NCBI GenBank assembly: GCA_045863335.1
Contig: BTVY01000069.1
Coordinates: forward strand, 1-23,703
DNA length: 23,703 bases
Origin: Candidatus Hydrogenedentota bacterium
GTDB taxonomy: Bacteria > Hydrogenedentota > Hydrogenedentia > Hydrogenedentales > SLHB01
Reading direction: 5' to 3'
The translations under genes were made by a program, and so were the position numbers. Below are positions 7,742 through 15,956 of this stretch, piece by piece (position 1 is the first letter of the stretch; every line of letters begins with the position of its first letter). The notes under the pieces were generated by a model. The model had not been told where the DNA came from. It did no database searches and saw nothing but the letters and a program-made list of their open reading frames with translations.

Positions 7742-9175
7742 TCAATTCCGCTCTTCTCCGAGGAAGGCGAAATCGCGTTGCCGGTATATGGCGTCGGAAC
7801 GGATGAGCCGGCGGGTTTGGAGAGCCATGGCGATGGCGATCACCAATGCGCAAACACCATAAACGGGCATCGCTGCTCCACTGCCCAATCCGGTAGTCAC
7901 GACAAATCCCCACAAGAAGAACGCGCCGCCGAGGACCCCGACGCCAGACCGCGGGAATAGGAGATAGCCCAGCGCCGGCACCCACATGAGCAGCAGCGCC
8001 CAACCGGCATGAATGGGCAGACCCAACCCGAATGCCATGACGAGCACGGCCGCGCAAGCGACGATGCCGGTAGCGATGGGCGTCGCGAGCATGAACGCGA
8101 CGATCCGGTCCGCTCGCCAAGGCAGCATCCGCAGTGCGGCGAGCGAAGCCAACCATTGGGCGAGCCGCCGAACCGTCCAAAACACGGCCAGGATAGGCAG
8201 CCAACCGGCCATCGCGACCAGGAGTTCGCGCTGCCCGGGGTCGTATCCGCGCAGGTCCAGGAAAATGGCGATGAGGACCGCGCCTACGATGGGTATCGAA
8301 AGCGCCAATGCGCCCTGCCGCACCGCTTCCCGGCACACCAACTCCCAATAGGCTGGCCGCCGCGACCCGTGTGTGGGAGGCGGAAGTCTATCCGGGACAG
8401 AGAATGTGACACCAACCTTGTGCGCGCAAACGTGTCGAATCAACAACTGCTGCGCCGCCGTGCGTGCGGATAGGACCAGCGCGACCGCGACCACCCCTTC
8501 CGCAGCGAACAGCATGGCGGCAAGATACCAAGGCAGACGAACGATCTCGTTGCGGACGAGCACGTCAAAATTGAAATAGCACACGTATCCGAATGCGACC
8601 GCGGCAATCACGATGATGACCATATAGAAACTCGGTCCGCTGCCGTGCAACAGAAACTCGCGCCATGATCTCGACGCGGGCGGACCGAGTAGCTTCGCGG
8701 CATGAACCATGACGCTGCAAAACGCCGCGACGACCAGCGCGTTCACACCATTCGCGAACAACCGGGGCAGGAACGTATTGTCGGGAAGTCCGAGCCCCCA
8801 CAGCGCGGCGGGAAAAATCGCAAGAATGAAGAACGCCAGCGCCGGCAATACGACGGCCTCATACCACATGGCCCGCGCGACGGTCCGAGACGGCACACCT
8901 AAACCCAATACCGTGGCGAGGCGTCGATTCGTTGTCAGGTCGTGCATCATCATGGCGACACCGATGGACGTCATTCCCAAAATCCCGATCCACGGACTGG
9001 GGTTTCGGACCGGACCGCTCAGGAGCGCCATAAACGCCACGTTGAAATACGACATGACCAGGAACCCCCAGTTCCACCGCGCATACGCCAGCACCAGCGC
9101 CCGCACCGTCTGTGCCTCCGTCCATGTGTGCTTTGGGGAAGTCAGCACCATCTCGCGGTATGTTTCCTGATTCAT
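7742..9175 (-). CDS. Polytopic membrane protein, ABC-2-type permease-like (paralog 3)
   Basis: 477 aa with many hydrophobic segments; two coupling-helix-like motifs (LGLGVPSR, LRMLPWR); last gene of the GntR-ABC operon. Confidence 0.7.
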   Translation of the reverse strand: MNQETYREMVLTSPKHTWTEAQTVRALVLAYARWNWGFLVMSYFNVAFMALLSGPVRNPSPWIGILGMTSIGVAMMMHDLTTNRRLATVLGLGVPSRTVARAMWYEAVVLPALAFFILAIFPAALWGLGLPDNTFLPRLFANGVNALVVAAFCSVMVHAAKLLGPPASRSWREFLLHGSGPSFYMVIIVIAAVAFGYVCYFNFDVLVRNEIVRLPWYLAAMLFAAEGVVAVALVLSARTAAQQLLIRHVCAHKVGVTFSVPDRLPPPTHGSRRPAYWELVCREAVRQGALALSIPIVGAVLIAIFLDLRGYDPGQRELLVAMAGWLPILAVFWTVRRLAQWLASLAALRMLPWRADRIVAFMLATPIATGIVACAAVLVMAFGLGLPIHAGWALLLMWVPALGYLLFPRSGVGVLGGAFFLWGFVVTTGLGSGAAMPVYGVCALVIAIAMALQTRRLIRSDAIYRQRDFAFLGEERN

Positions 9176-9187
9176 GCGATCCTCACG

Positions 9188-9218
9188 TGCGACTCCGCGT
9201 CTTTGCGATTTTGCGTTG
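9188..9218. repeat. Degenerate 8-mer tandem repeat (CTTTGCGT-like)
   Basis: TGCGACTCCGCGTCTTTGCGATTTTGCGTTG; near copy of 11884-11918. Confidence 0.6.
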
Positions 9219-9239
9219 GAACGTTCACCACCAAATCAC

Positions 9240-9722
9240 GAAGTGCACGAAGGTAGCGAGCGTTCGAAGTAACGCTTTGCATGGGCAGCTCGATGCAGCG
9301 CAGGCGTCCCGCCTGCAACGGTTCGGGGCGGGGTCGTGGCACGCCAAAGAATGCAGGCGAGACGCCTGCGCTACATGGTGCCGTTGTTTCCATACTCGTC
9401 CCCTTCGCGGAAAAACCTCTCGCGCCAATCCGCTGCATCCGCGCGACCGGCATTCGGCAGTTTCGTTCCTTGCGTTCCCTGCGATTCCGTACGGCCCCGG
9501 CCTTCCGTGCGTTCCCTGCGTTCCTTTCGTGTCCTTCGTGCCTTCGTGGCACATCCTGCCCATGCTGCTCCCTAGCGACCGCATTACCCGACTTCTACCT
9601 CGACTTCCACCCACCACCCCCACGCGCCGCTCCGGCACGCTGAAGGCGTACAGCAACCCTAGCCAGGGGCAACGCCCCTGGACCACGCGCGCGCACCCCA
9701 CCACATAGCCCTGTAGGGGCGG
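9240..9722. repeat. Composite intergenic repeat, copy 1
   Basis: Direct repeat of about 11181-11658. Core 9421-9561 matches 11362-11502 with one mismatch. Confidence 0.92.
9295..9374. repeat. REP doublet (REPIN-like), GTAG type
   Basis: GCAGCGCAGGCGTCCCGCCTGCA (9295-9317) faces an inverted copy at 9352-9374 whose reverse complement is GTAGCGCAGGCGTCTCGCCTGCA. Confidence 0.75.
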
Positions 9723-9754
9723 AATACTCCTACCCGTACTCAACATCGCGCAAG

Positions 9755-11131
9755 CTATCCTGTCCTGCCGAACATATCGCCGACCGTATCAGCGATAACG
9801 TCCCGTTTTCCGAACAACGCCCCATCGCCGCAGAGATTCTGGTACAGATACACGTAGGCACCGAGCCAAAGTAGGGTGGCATATGGGAGGTAGAGGCCAA
9901 TAGCCCAAGGTGATTGCCAGTGCCAGAAGGCGAGCGCCAGGGGCATCGCCAGGATTCCGCCTGCGATTCCGCCGAAAGGCTGTCCGACCGTCTTGTTCAA
10001 TGGCAGCGCGACCGAACAACACCCTCCGAGCCCCAAAACACAAGCGATCGTGTTCGCGACCGGCCAACCGAAATAGAACGATGCCGCGACTAGAGCCGCC
10101 AGCACGGACATGATAAGTGGCAAGACCAATGAGAGTACGAGCAGCGCCTGCTGCGAGCGGTGCAAGGGCAAACATCGAATGACCCGGTAATCCATTTCCT
10201 TGAATCGCACTGAATACGTGAGGACCAGGACGAAGGGAACAACCAAAACGAGAGTCGGAGTGTCGGAATCGACGTCTGCGACTGTCAAATGGGCGTACAC
10301 GGGGATCAACACTGCGACGCTAATCACACACAGGCTCGCGAAAACCAGACAGTCCAACCATAACCCGTAAAACGTCAAGGCGGACCGCCTCTTGTAGGAG
10401 CCCCGTCCGATGCCAAAGGTTGGAAAAGCCAATTCCGGGGCCGACTTCATCGTACCCACTCCCAGAACGTGAGGAGCGAGGAAGTACGATAGCGCGACGA
10501 GTACTGCCGAAACACAGACCATCCCCACGTACGCGGGGAGATAGCCCTTATCGCTTCCTATGAAGACCCACCCTGCAGCGCCAACGAAGGCAAAGGTGCT
10601 GAGCCAGCCTCGAATCGAAGTAAGATTGGCCCATGCATCGCTTGGTGAATCTTCGTGAGGTGAGAGCCATCTTGCGAAAGGGATCACGGTGGCCAGCCCC
10701 ATCGCGATCACGCATTCCGGAACGACCTGCGCAACCCATTGCCAAGATCCTTCGCCTATCAACAGGGCGCCTAGACGAATTACGAACTGGATCGCTCCGT
10801 AAAGCAGGGGTGCGAGTGAGACGGTCATGAACCAGATGAGGTTCGCCTTCTGCCGCGACGATAGGGGGAGCATCGCAAGCCCCGCTCCGGCCTCCTTTTT
10901 CGAAATACGGTCGAGCACCAGAACGGACCAAAGAACGGCAATGAATCCGCCAGCACCGGGATGAATGAAGAAGATGAGCATCGATGCCATTCGCCGTTCC
11001 CGGCTCACCAACCACTTCCCCAATTCCCACATGGCCCGGCCCGACGCCAGCCATTCGCCGGGCGGCGCGTCGAACGGTTCCATGCTGTTGGGACGCGTTC
11101 CCGCCGGGATTGGGGTCGCATCAGTTCTCAT
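9755..11131 (-). CDS. Polytopic membrane protein, ABC-2-type permease-like (paralog 2)
   Basis: 458 aa with many TM segments; motifs LAMLPLSSR and IRCLPLHR. The start codon is uncertain. Confidence 0.7.
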   Translation of the reverse strand: MRTDATPIPAGTRPNSMEPFDAPPGEWLASGRAMWELGKWLVSRERRMASMLIFFIHPGAGGFIAVLWSVLVLDRISKKEAGAGLAMLPLSSRQKANLIWFMTVSLAPLLYGAIQFVIRLGALLIGEGSWQWVAQVVPECVIAMGLATVIPFARWLSPHEDSPSDAWANLTSIRGWLSTFAFVGAAGWVFIGSDKGYLPAYVGMVCVSAVLVALSYFLAPHVLGVGTMKSAPELAFPTFGIGRGSYKRRSALTFYGLWLDCLVFASLCVISVAVLIPVYAHLTVADVDSDTPTLVLVVPFVLVLTYSVRFKEMDYRVIRCLPLHRSQQALLVLSLVLPLIMSVLAALVAASFYFGWPVANTIACVLGLGGCCSVALPLNKTVGQPFGGIAGGILAMPLALAFWHWQSPWAIGLYLPYATLLWLGAYVYLYQNLCGDGALFGKRDVIADTVGDMFGRTG

Positions 11132-11180
11132 GGTCTATCCCCCGCGCCAACGCCTGGACAAGACAATTCGACATCCATCG

Positions 11181-11658
11181 CGAAGGCATGAAGGAAAGGA
11201 GCGTTCGAACCACCGCCGTGCATGGGCTCTTCGATGTGGCGCAGGCGTCCCGCCTGCAACGGTTCGCGGGGGTGACGTGGTACGCCCAAAGATGCAGGCG
11301 GGACGCCAGCGCTACATGCTGCCGTTGTTTACATGCTTGTCCCCGTCGCGAAAGCACCATCCGCGCCAATCCGCTGCATCCGCGCGACCGGCATTCGGCA
11401 GTTTCGTTCCATGCGTTCCCTGCGATTCCGTACGGCCCCGGCCTTCCGTGCGTTCCCTGCGTTCCTTTCGTGTCCTTCGTGCCTTCGTGGCACATCCTGC
11501 CCGTACTGCTCCCTCGCGACCGCATTACCCGTTTGCCTCGACTTCCACGCAACACCCCCACGCGCCGCTCCGGCACGCTGAAGGCGTGCAGCAACCCTAG
11601 CCAGGGGCAACGCCCCTGGAACACGCGCGCACCCCACCACAAAGCCCTGTAGGGGCGA
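11181..11658. repeat. Composite intergenic repeat, copy 2
   Basis: Direct repeat of about 9240-9722; offset is 1941 bp in the core. Confidence 0.92.
11236..11315. repeat. REP doublet (REPIN-like), GTGG/GTAG type
   Basis: GTGGCGCAGGCGTCCCGCCTGCA (11236-11258) and inverted TGCAGGCGGGACGCCAGCGCTAC (11293-11315). Confidence 0.75.
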
Positions 11659-11792
11659 AACCAGGTACGGGTTCACAGCGTCTTTGCCAATTCGTCTTCT
11701 TTCGCCCTTACAGGGCTCCAATAAGGCGCGGCACCTTACCAGGGGCGCCACTTCGTTCTGCCCCTGGCTAGGGTTGCGCGGCGCCTTCAGCG
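11576..11792. repeat. ~217-bp nested palindromic element (MITE/REP-like)
   Basis: Three concentric arm pairs: 11576-11586/11782-11792 (11 bp perfect), 11591-11609/11759-11777 (19 bp perfect), 11643-11660/11700-11717 (18 bp, one mismatch). Confidence 0.85.
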
Positions 11793-11883
11793 CCGGGATT
11801 CCGGTCGGTGGACGGATATCGCGTCTACCCGCCATTGTGATTCGTCGTTTGCGGGTTGCCACGCGCTTACGTCTACGGCATCC

Positions 11884-11979
11884 CTTTGCGACTCTGCGTC
11901 TTTGCGTCTTTGCGTTGAGGCACGTGCGATGCTCGATGGGACTTATGGGACCGATGGGTCTCATGGATGTGATCGGCGC
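11884..11979. repeat. Short tandem repeats: an 8-mer (CTTTGCGT) array followed by a 9-mer (nATGGGnCn) array
   Basis: CTTTGCGA CTCTGCGT CTTTGCGT CTTTGCGT at 11884-11915; GATGGGACT TATGGGACC GATGGGTCT CATGGATGT at 11935-11970. Confidence 0.7.
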
Positions 11980-11981
11980 GT

Positions 11982-13310
11982 TCATCGGACGCGCTCCGTA
12001 AACGCGGCGTCCCATTTACCGCGATGGTAGGCGCTGCTGGAGCCGAGCAGGATGTACACGGCAATCAGCGTTATCGAGCCGAAGATTGCCGTCACCACGT
12101 AGTAGAACCCCGTCGGCCACGGCAGAGCGATGAACAGCAGCACGACACCGAGAAATAGCACGCCTTCAAACAAGACAAAGAAAGTCTCATCGGTCACGAT
12201 CTGCGCGGCGCTGCAAAGGCCGTGCACGCTCATGGCCGCAAGGACGATGCCGAGCGCGTACAACGGGTTCCAGCCGTACCACGCGCTGGCGATGGGGACC
12301 ATGAGCGTGGACGGCACGAACGCCGTCGCCGGATATGCCAAGTACAAGGCGGTCTGCCGCAGACGCGAGATGGGCAGGAAACGAACGGTGTGTACGTCCA
12401 ACGCGCGGGTCACGTCGGCGCAACCGATGACTAACAAGGCGAACACCCAGACCCCGTCGACACGGACGTTCGCGATCCGATGAGCCACTTCGTTCATCAC
12501 GAGGAAGAGGAAACCCAGGCTCACGCCAAGCCAGAGATGTCCGCGCCACATCCACAGGAACTGCGCGGGCCAAAACCCCGAGGGCATGGTGTCCGGCTCG
12601 TTGGAGGCCGCCGTATCTGCGACCGCGCGCCGTGCCAATCGGCACGCGGGACTCCACGCGGCCTCACGTTCGAGATACGACCAGATCGTCACGCCGATCG
12701 AAGTGAGCAGGCCCGTTGCCATGAGCGGCGTCCAAGCGGGCTGGTCTAACGTCATCAGCCACGCCAACCAGAACCACGAGCCACCGAACGCGAGTTGAAG
12801 GAATTTCCGCCCCAGGGTCTTCAACGACGATAGCGAGGATGTAGTTGTGGGGGACTTATGCAGCAGGCCTTGGCCCTTAGAAAGGCTCGCCGCAGCGCCC
12901 GTCAACAGAATGGCGCGACGCAGAATCCAAGCCCAATCGGCATCGCTCAGGCCCACCATGCCCGGCAAGGACTTTTGAATCGTGTGCACCAAAGGCAGGG
13001 ACAAGACGGCGAACGCCCAAAACAACGTGGCATAGGTTTTCGCGGAAACCGGCGTCGCCAACAACGCGCGCGCCCGCTGATCGAGCGAACGCGAGAGCCA
13101 CCACGCGGCAACCGCGACAATGCCGGCAACCGCCGGAAAGAATGACTCCCCACCAAAGGACCCAAGGCCAGCTGCCACACATAACGCAAGAATGGGTCCG
13201 AAAATCGACACAAGCCATGTGACCAGGTGTCTATTCATAACGACCTGTCCCGCCCCATAAGTCCAGGCTGCGCCGTTAGGCAGTTGCGTTCCTTTCGTTT
13301 GGGATGGCAC
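11982..13310 (-). CDS. Polytopic membrane protein, ABC-2-type permease-like (paralog 1)
   Basis: 442 aa; GTG start 1 nt after the ATPase stop; motifs LLATPVS and VRFLPISR. Confidence 0.75.
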   Translation of the reverse strand: MPSQTKGTQLPNGAAWTYGAGQVVMNRHLVTWLVSIFGPILALCVAAGLGSFGGESFFPAVAGIVAVAAWWLSRSLDQRARALLATPVSAKTYATLFWAFAVLSLPLVHTIQKSLPGMVGLSDADWAWILRRAILLTGAAASLSKGQGLLHKSPTTTSSLSSLKTLGRKFLQLAFGGSWFWLAWLMTLDQPAWTPLMATGLLTSIGVTIWSYLEREAAWSPACRLARRAVADTAASNEPDTMPSGFWPAQFLWMWRGHLWLGVSLGFLFLVMNEVAHRIANVRVDGVWVFALLVIGCADVTRALDVHTVRFLPISRLRQTALYLAYPATAFVPSTLMVPIASAWYGWNPLYALGIVLAAMSVHGLCSAAQIVTDETFFVLFEGVLFLGVVLLFIALPWPTGFYYVVTAIFGSITLIAVYILLGSSSAYHRGKWDAAFTERVR

Positions 13311-13311
13311 A

Positions 13312-14196
13312 TCACCGATCCTTCACCAGCCCGACGAACAACTCCTCCAACGTTACCGGCGTCGTCGTGATATCCGTCAGGCCTTGGGCTTCGAGGTCCT
13401 CGACGGGATGTTTCGTGCTGTCGACGAGGAGGCGCCAGCGGTCGCCGTCGTGGCGTTGGACGACGAGGCCTTCGGTGGCCTTGGGTTGTTGGCCGTTGGG
13501 GGAGAGGCAGTCGACCATGCGGTAGCGTTCGACCAACTCGGCGGTGGACCCTTCGACAAGGAGTTTGCCGCGGTCGATGATGCCGATGTGGTCGGTGAAG
13601 CGCTGGAGGTCGTCGAGGTTGTGAGACGAGATCAGCACGGTGCGTTCTTCGTCCTGAACGGCGTCGAGGAGTTCGGTGAAGAGTTCCCGTTTCGAGATGG
13701 CGTCGAGCCCGGCGGTGGGTTCATCGAGGAGGAGCAGGGCGGGCCGGTGCGCGAGCGCGACGATGAGCGCGAGTTTCGTGCGCGACCCGTAGGACAAGGT
13801 GGCGATCTTGTCCGTCCATCCGATCTTCAGGCGGTCCAACAGTTCCGCGCAATAGGTGTCGTCCCAATCCGCGTAGAAGGCGCGGATGAACCCGATGAGC
13901 CGGCGCACGGTGCCCCAGGCGTTGAAGTTGAGGTCGGGGCTGACGTAGCCGACGCGCTTCTTCATCTCGACTTCGTCGCGGATGTGGTCGAACCCGAACA
14001 CGTGGATGTCGCCGGCCTCCTTCGCGCCCATGCCCATGATGAGGTCGATGGTCGTCGTTTTGCCCGCGCCGTTCGCGCCGATGAGGCCGTAGATGGCGCC
14101 CTTGGGCACGTTGAGATCGAGCGGGCCGAGGTGAAACCCGGGAAAGGTCTTCTCCAGGCCGCGGATACGGATCGCGTCAGCGGTTGCTATCATCAT
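13312..14196 (-). CDS. ABC transporter ATP-binding protein (YtrB-like)
   Basis: Walker A GANGAGKTT, signature-like LSYGSR, Walker B LLLLDEPT, H-loop ISSH; GGGAGG before ATG at 14196. Confidence 0.95.
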   Translation of the reverse strand: MMIATADAIRIRGLEKTFPGFHLGPLDLNVPKGAIYGLIGANGAGKTTTIDLIMGMGAKEAGDIHVFGFDHIRDEVEMKKRVGYVSPDLNFNAWGTVRRLIGFIRAFYADWDDTYCAELLDRLKIGWTDKIATLSYGSRTKLALIVALAHRPALLLLDEPTAGLDAISKRELFTELLDAVQDEERTVLISSHNLDDLQRFTDHIGIIDRGKLLVEGSTAELVERYRMVDCLSPNGQQPKATEGLVVQRHDGDRWRLLVDSTKHPVEDLEAQGLTDITTTPVTLEELFVGLVKDR

Positions 14197-14217
14197 GCGT
14201 GTGTCCTCCCAAACGTC

Positions 14218-14747
14218 AAATTCGAAATCCGAATGTCGAAATCCGAAACAAATTCGAATGACCCAATAACGAAATGTTCCAAACGGAAACTTGTCCAACA
14301 ACGTCTTGATCGCTTGATTGGCCGGCGGTCTGTGCAAACAACAGAACATCCCCCTTGATCCCCCTTCGAAGGGGGAATTTCGTCAAGCGCAGTTTTCCAG
14401 GGGAAGTCAGGTGCACTATCCAAGTCTGGGCACCGAGCAACTTATGACGCAACGCTTCGCGTTGCGTTCGCTTGAACAGTCCGCCTGGATTCGCGCCGCG
14501 TCGTCTCGCGCTATCCGATCGACGACGCTCGGCAAATTCCCCCTTCGAAGGGGGATCAAGGGGGATGTTCCCCGCGGTTCGATTCATCAAAACCGCCTCC
14601 TTTGTTGCCGCGCCGCGCATCGTGTATTTCGGTTTCAACGCTCTGCTCCCAACGTCAATGCCTTGCTCAGTGACGGCGAAGGCAAGCCTTCGCACTCCAC
14701 ATGGCCGAACCTTTCGAATTTTGGTCCGTCGAATTTGTTTCGGATTT
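14218..14747. mobile_element. Non-coding nested inverted-repeat element (MITE-like) between gntR and the ABC ATPase
   Basis: Outer perfect 19-bp IR at 14239-14257/14729-14747 within heptamer-like arrays; inner perfect 37-bp IR at 14344-14380/14534-14570. Mobility is inferred, not shown. Confidence 0.6.
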
Positions 14748-14755
14748 TCTTCCCA

Positions 14756-15187
14756 CTATTTCTTCCCCGCGGTTTTTGCCAGCGCTTCGGGTTGTTCGAG
14801 GAGCCGGTGCACGAGCTTCAGCAACTCCTCGTCCGTCATACCGGCTTCACGGCCTTCGCGGAGGGCTTCGGCGATGAGCGACGCGGCTTGCGCGCGTTTG
14901 GCTTCCCGGCTGCGGGCGGCGCCTTCTTCGGACACGAAGGTGCCGAGCCCTTGTTTGCGGTAGATGATCCCTTCGCGTTCGAGTTCTTCGTAGGCCCGTT
15001 TTACGGTGATGAGGCTGACGAGCAACTCCTCCGCCAGCGCCCGGAACGACGGCAAGGGCGCGCCGGGGGCGAGACGCCCCTCGCTGATCTCCCGTTTCAC
15101 GCCGTCGACGATCTGCTGGTACAGAGGCCCCGGCGCCGCCGCGGAAATGGGGCGGAGGAAGAGTTTTTTGTTCGGTTCGTTGGTCAT
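14756..15187 (-). CDS. GntR-family transcriptional regulator, YtrA subfamily
   Basis: PLYQQIVDGVKREI...LPSFRALAEELLVSLITVKRAYEELEREGIIYRKQGLGTFV winged HTH with a short helical C-terminus, upstream of an ABC ATPase. Confidence 0.93.
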   Translation of the reverse strand: MTNEPNKKLFLRPISAAAPGPLYQQIVDGVKREISEGRLAPGAPLPSFRALAEELLVSLITVKRAYEELEREGIIYRKQGLGTFVSEEGAARSREAKRAQAASLIAEALREGREAGMTDEELLKLVHRLLEQPEALAKTAGKK

Positions 15188-15189
15188 CA

Positions 15190-15214
15190 GGTGTATATAT
15201 AGCATATATACACC
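15190..15214. promoter_or_regulatory. YtrA-type GntR operator
   Basis: Perfect IR GGTGTATATAT-AGC-ATATATACACC 2 nt upstream of the gntR ATG; fits the GT..TA...TA..AC style of YtrA-subfamily sites. Confidence 0.85.
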
Positions 15215-15233
15215 ATGCTGTCTAGTGGCTTTT

Positions 15234-15272
15234 GACACGGAAAGGCACGGACCTACACGGACGGACACGGAC
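15234..15272. repeat. Four CACGGA units at 10-bp period
   Basis: CACGGA starts at 15236, 15246, 15256 and 15266. Confidence 0.75.
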
Positions 15273-15299
15273 AGGATCGACGCGGCGCCGGAGGGGGTC

Positions 15300-15332
15300 T
15301 CCCCCTGCAAAGCGTGCATGGTTGCAGGGGGA
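15300..15332. promoter_or_regulatory. Candidate upstream activator site for the NtrC-family regulator
   Basis: Perfect 11-bp IR TCCCCCTGCAA-N11-TTGCAGGGGGA, with further TGCA boxes, about 50-80 bp upstream of the sigma54 -24 box. Confidence 0.5.
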
Positions 15333-15380
15333 AGCGTGACTGGTTTGCAGCCTTTCCCGGCCAAATCCCTGCAAATACGC

Positions 15381-15396
15381 TGGCACGGCGCTTGCC
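15381..15396 (+). promoter_or_regulatory. Sigma54 (-24/-12) promoter
   Basis: TGGCAC-GGCGC-TTGCC matches TGGCAC-N5-TTGC; a sigma54 activator is encoded downstream. Confidence 0.88.
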
Positions 15397-15496
15397 CTTT
15401 ACCGGGCGACAGTTGAACCGGTAACGAGGCGGGCGGAGGCCCCGACGGTTGGGGCTTCGCGCTTATGGTGCTCAAAAATCGAAAGGACGGTGTCTT

Positions 15497-15871
15497 ATGG
15501 TGTGGAACACGTGGATGAAGATGACGGCGGTGGCGGCGGTTCTGGCGCTGGCAATGGCGGCGGGTCCCGTCATGGCGCAGCAGGGAACGCCTTCGGGCAA
15601 GGGCGTGAACTATGTCGACGCGGACGGCGACGGCGTTTGCGACAACTACGGCACGTCGGCCTGTAACGGGTGCCAAGGCGGCAAGGGCCAAGGCAAGGGC
15701 CAGGGCGTGTGCGATGGCACCGGCAAGGGTCAGGGCAAAGGCAAGGGCCAAGGCGTTTGCGACGGTTCGGGCAAAGGCCAGGGCAAAGGCCAGGGCAAAG
15801 GCAAAGGTACCTGCGACGGCACCGGCAAGGGTCAAGGCAAAGGCAAAGGTAAGGGCAAAGGCGGCAAGTAA
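15497..15871 (+). CDS. Small secreted Gly/Lys/Gln-rich protein with a DxDxDG motif and CDG[TS]G repeats
   Basis: GAAAGGA SD; signal-peptide-like N-terminus ending PVMA; NYVDADGDGVCDN; six Cys; GKGQ repeats encoded by varied synonymous codons. Confidence 0.85.
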   Translation: MVWNTWMKMTAVAAVLALAMAAGPVMAQQGTPSGKGVNYVDADGDGVCDNYGTSACNGCQGGKGQGKGQGVCDGTGKGQGKGKGQGVCDGSGKGQGKGQGKGKGTCDGTGKGQGKGKGKGKGGK

Positions 15872-15956
15872 GCTTGAGGCGACGCCCGAAGCCGTGGAAA
15901 ATGACACGCTAAGGGGCCGCGCGGGCAACCAGCGCCCAACCGTAAAGTAACCGCGA

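Noticed and set aside
9112-9746. ORFs across repeat copy 1 and their look-alikes at 10965-12015
   Set aside because: They are open in several frames on both strands of GC-rich repeats and have no protein-like motifs; their similarity just reflects the DNA repeat.
9240-11792. CRISPR array or integron attC sites
   Set aside because: No regular repeat-spacer period, no cas or integrase genes, and no convincing RYYYAAC...GTTRRRY cores at cassette ends.
14197-14349. 51-aa N-terminal extension of the ABC ATPase
   Set aside because: It translates the heptamer repeat arm; a good SD precedes 14196.
13384-14358. 324-aa plus-strand ORF
   Set aside because: Antisense shadow of the ABC ATPase, as expected with high-GC codon bias.
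15188-15928. 390-aa GntR with an Ala/Leu-repeat membrane N-terminus
   Set aside because: The extension is the antisense of the GK-repeat gene and runs through the operator and sigma54 promoter.
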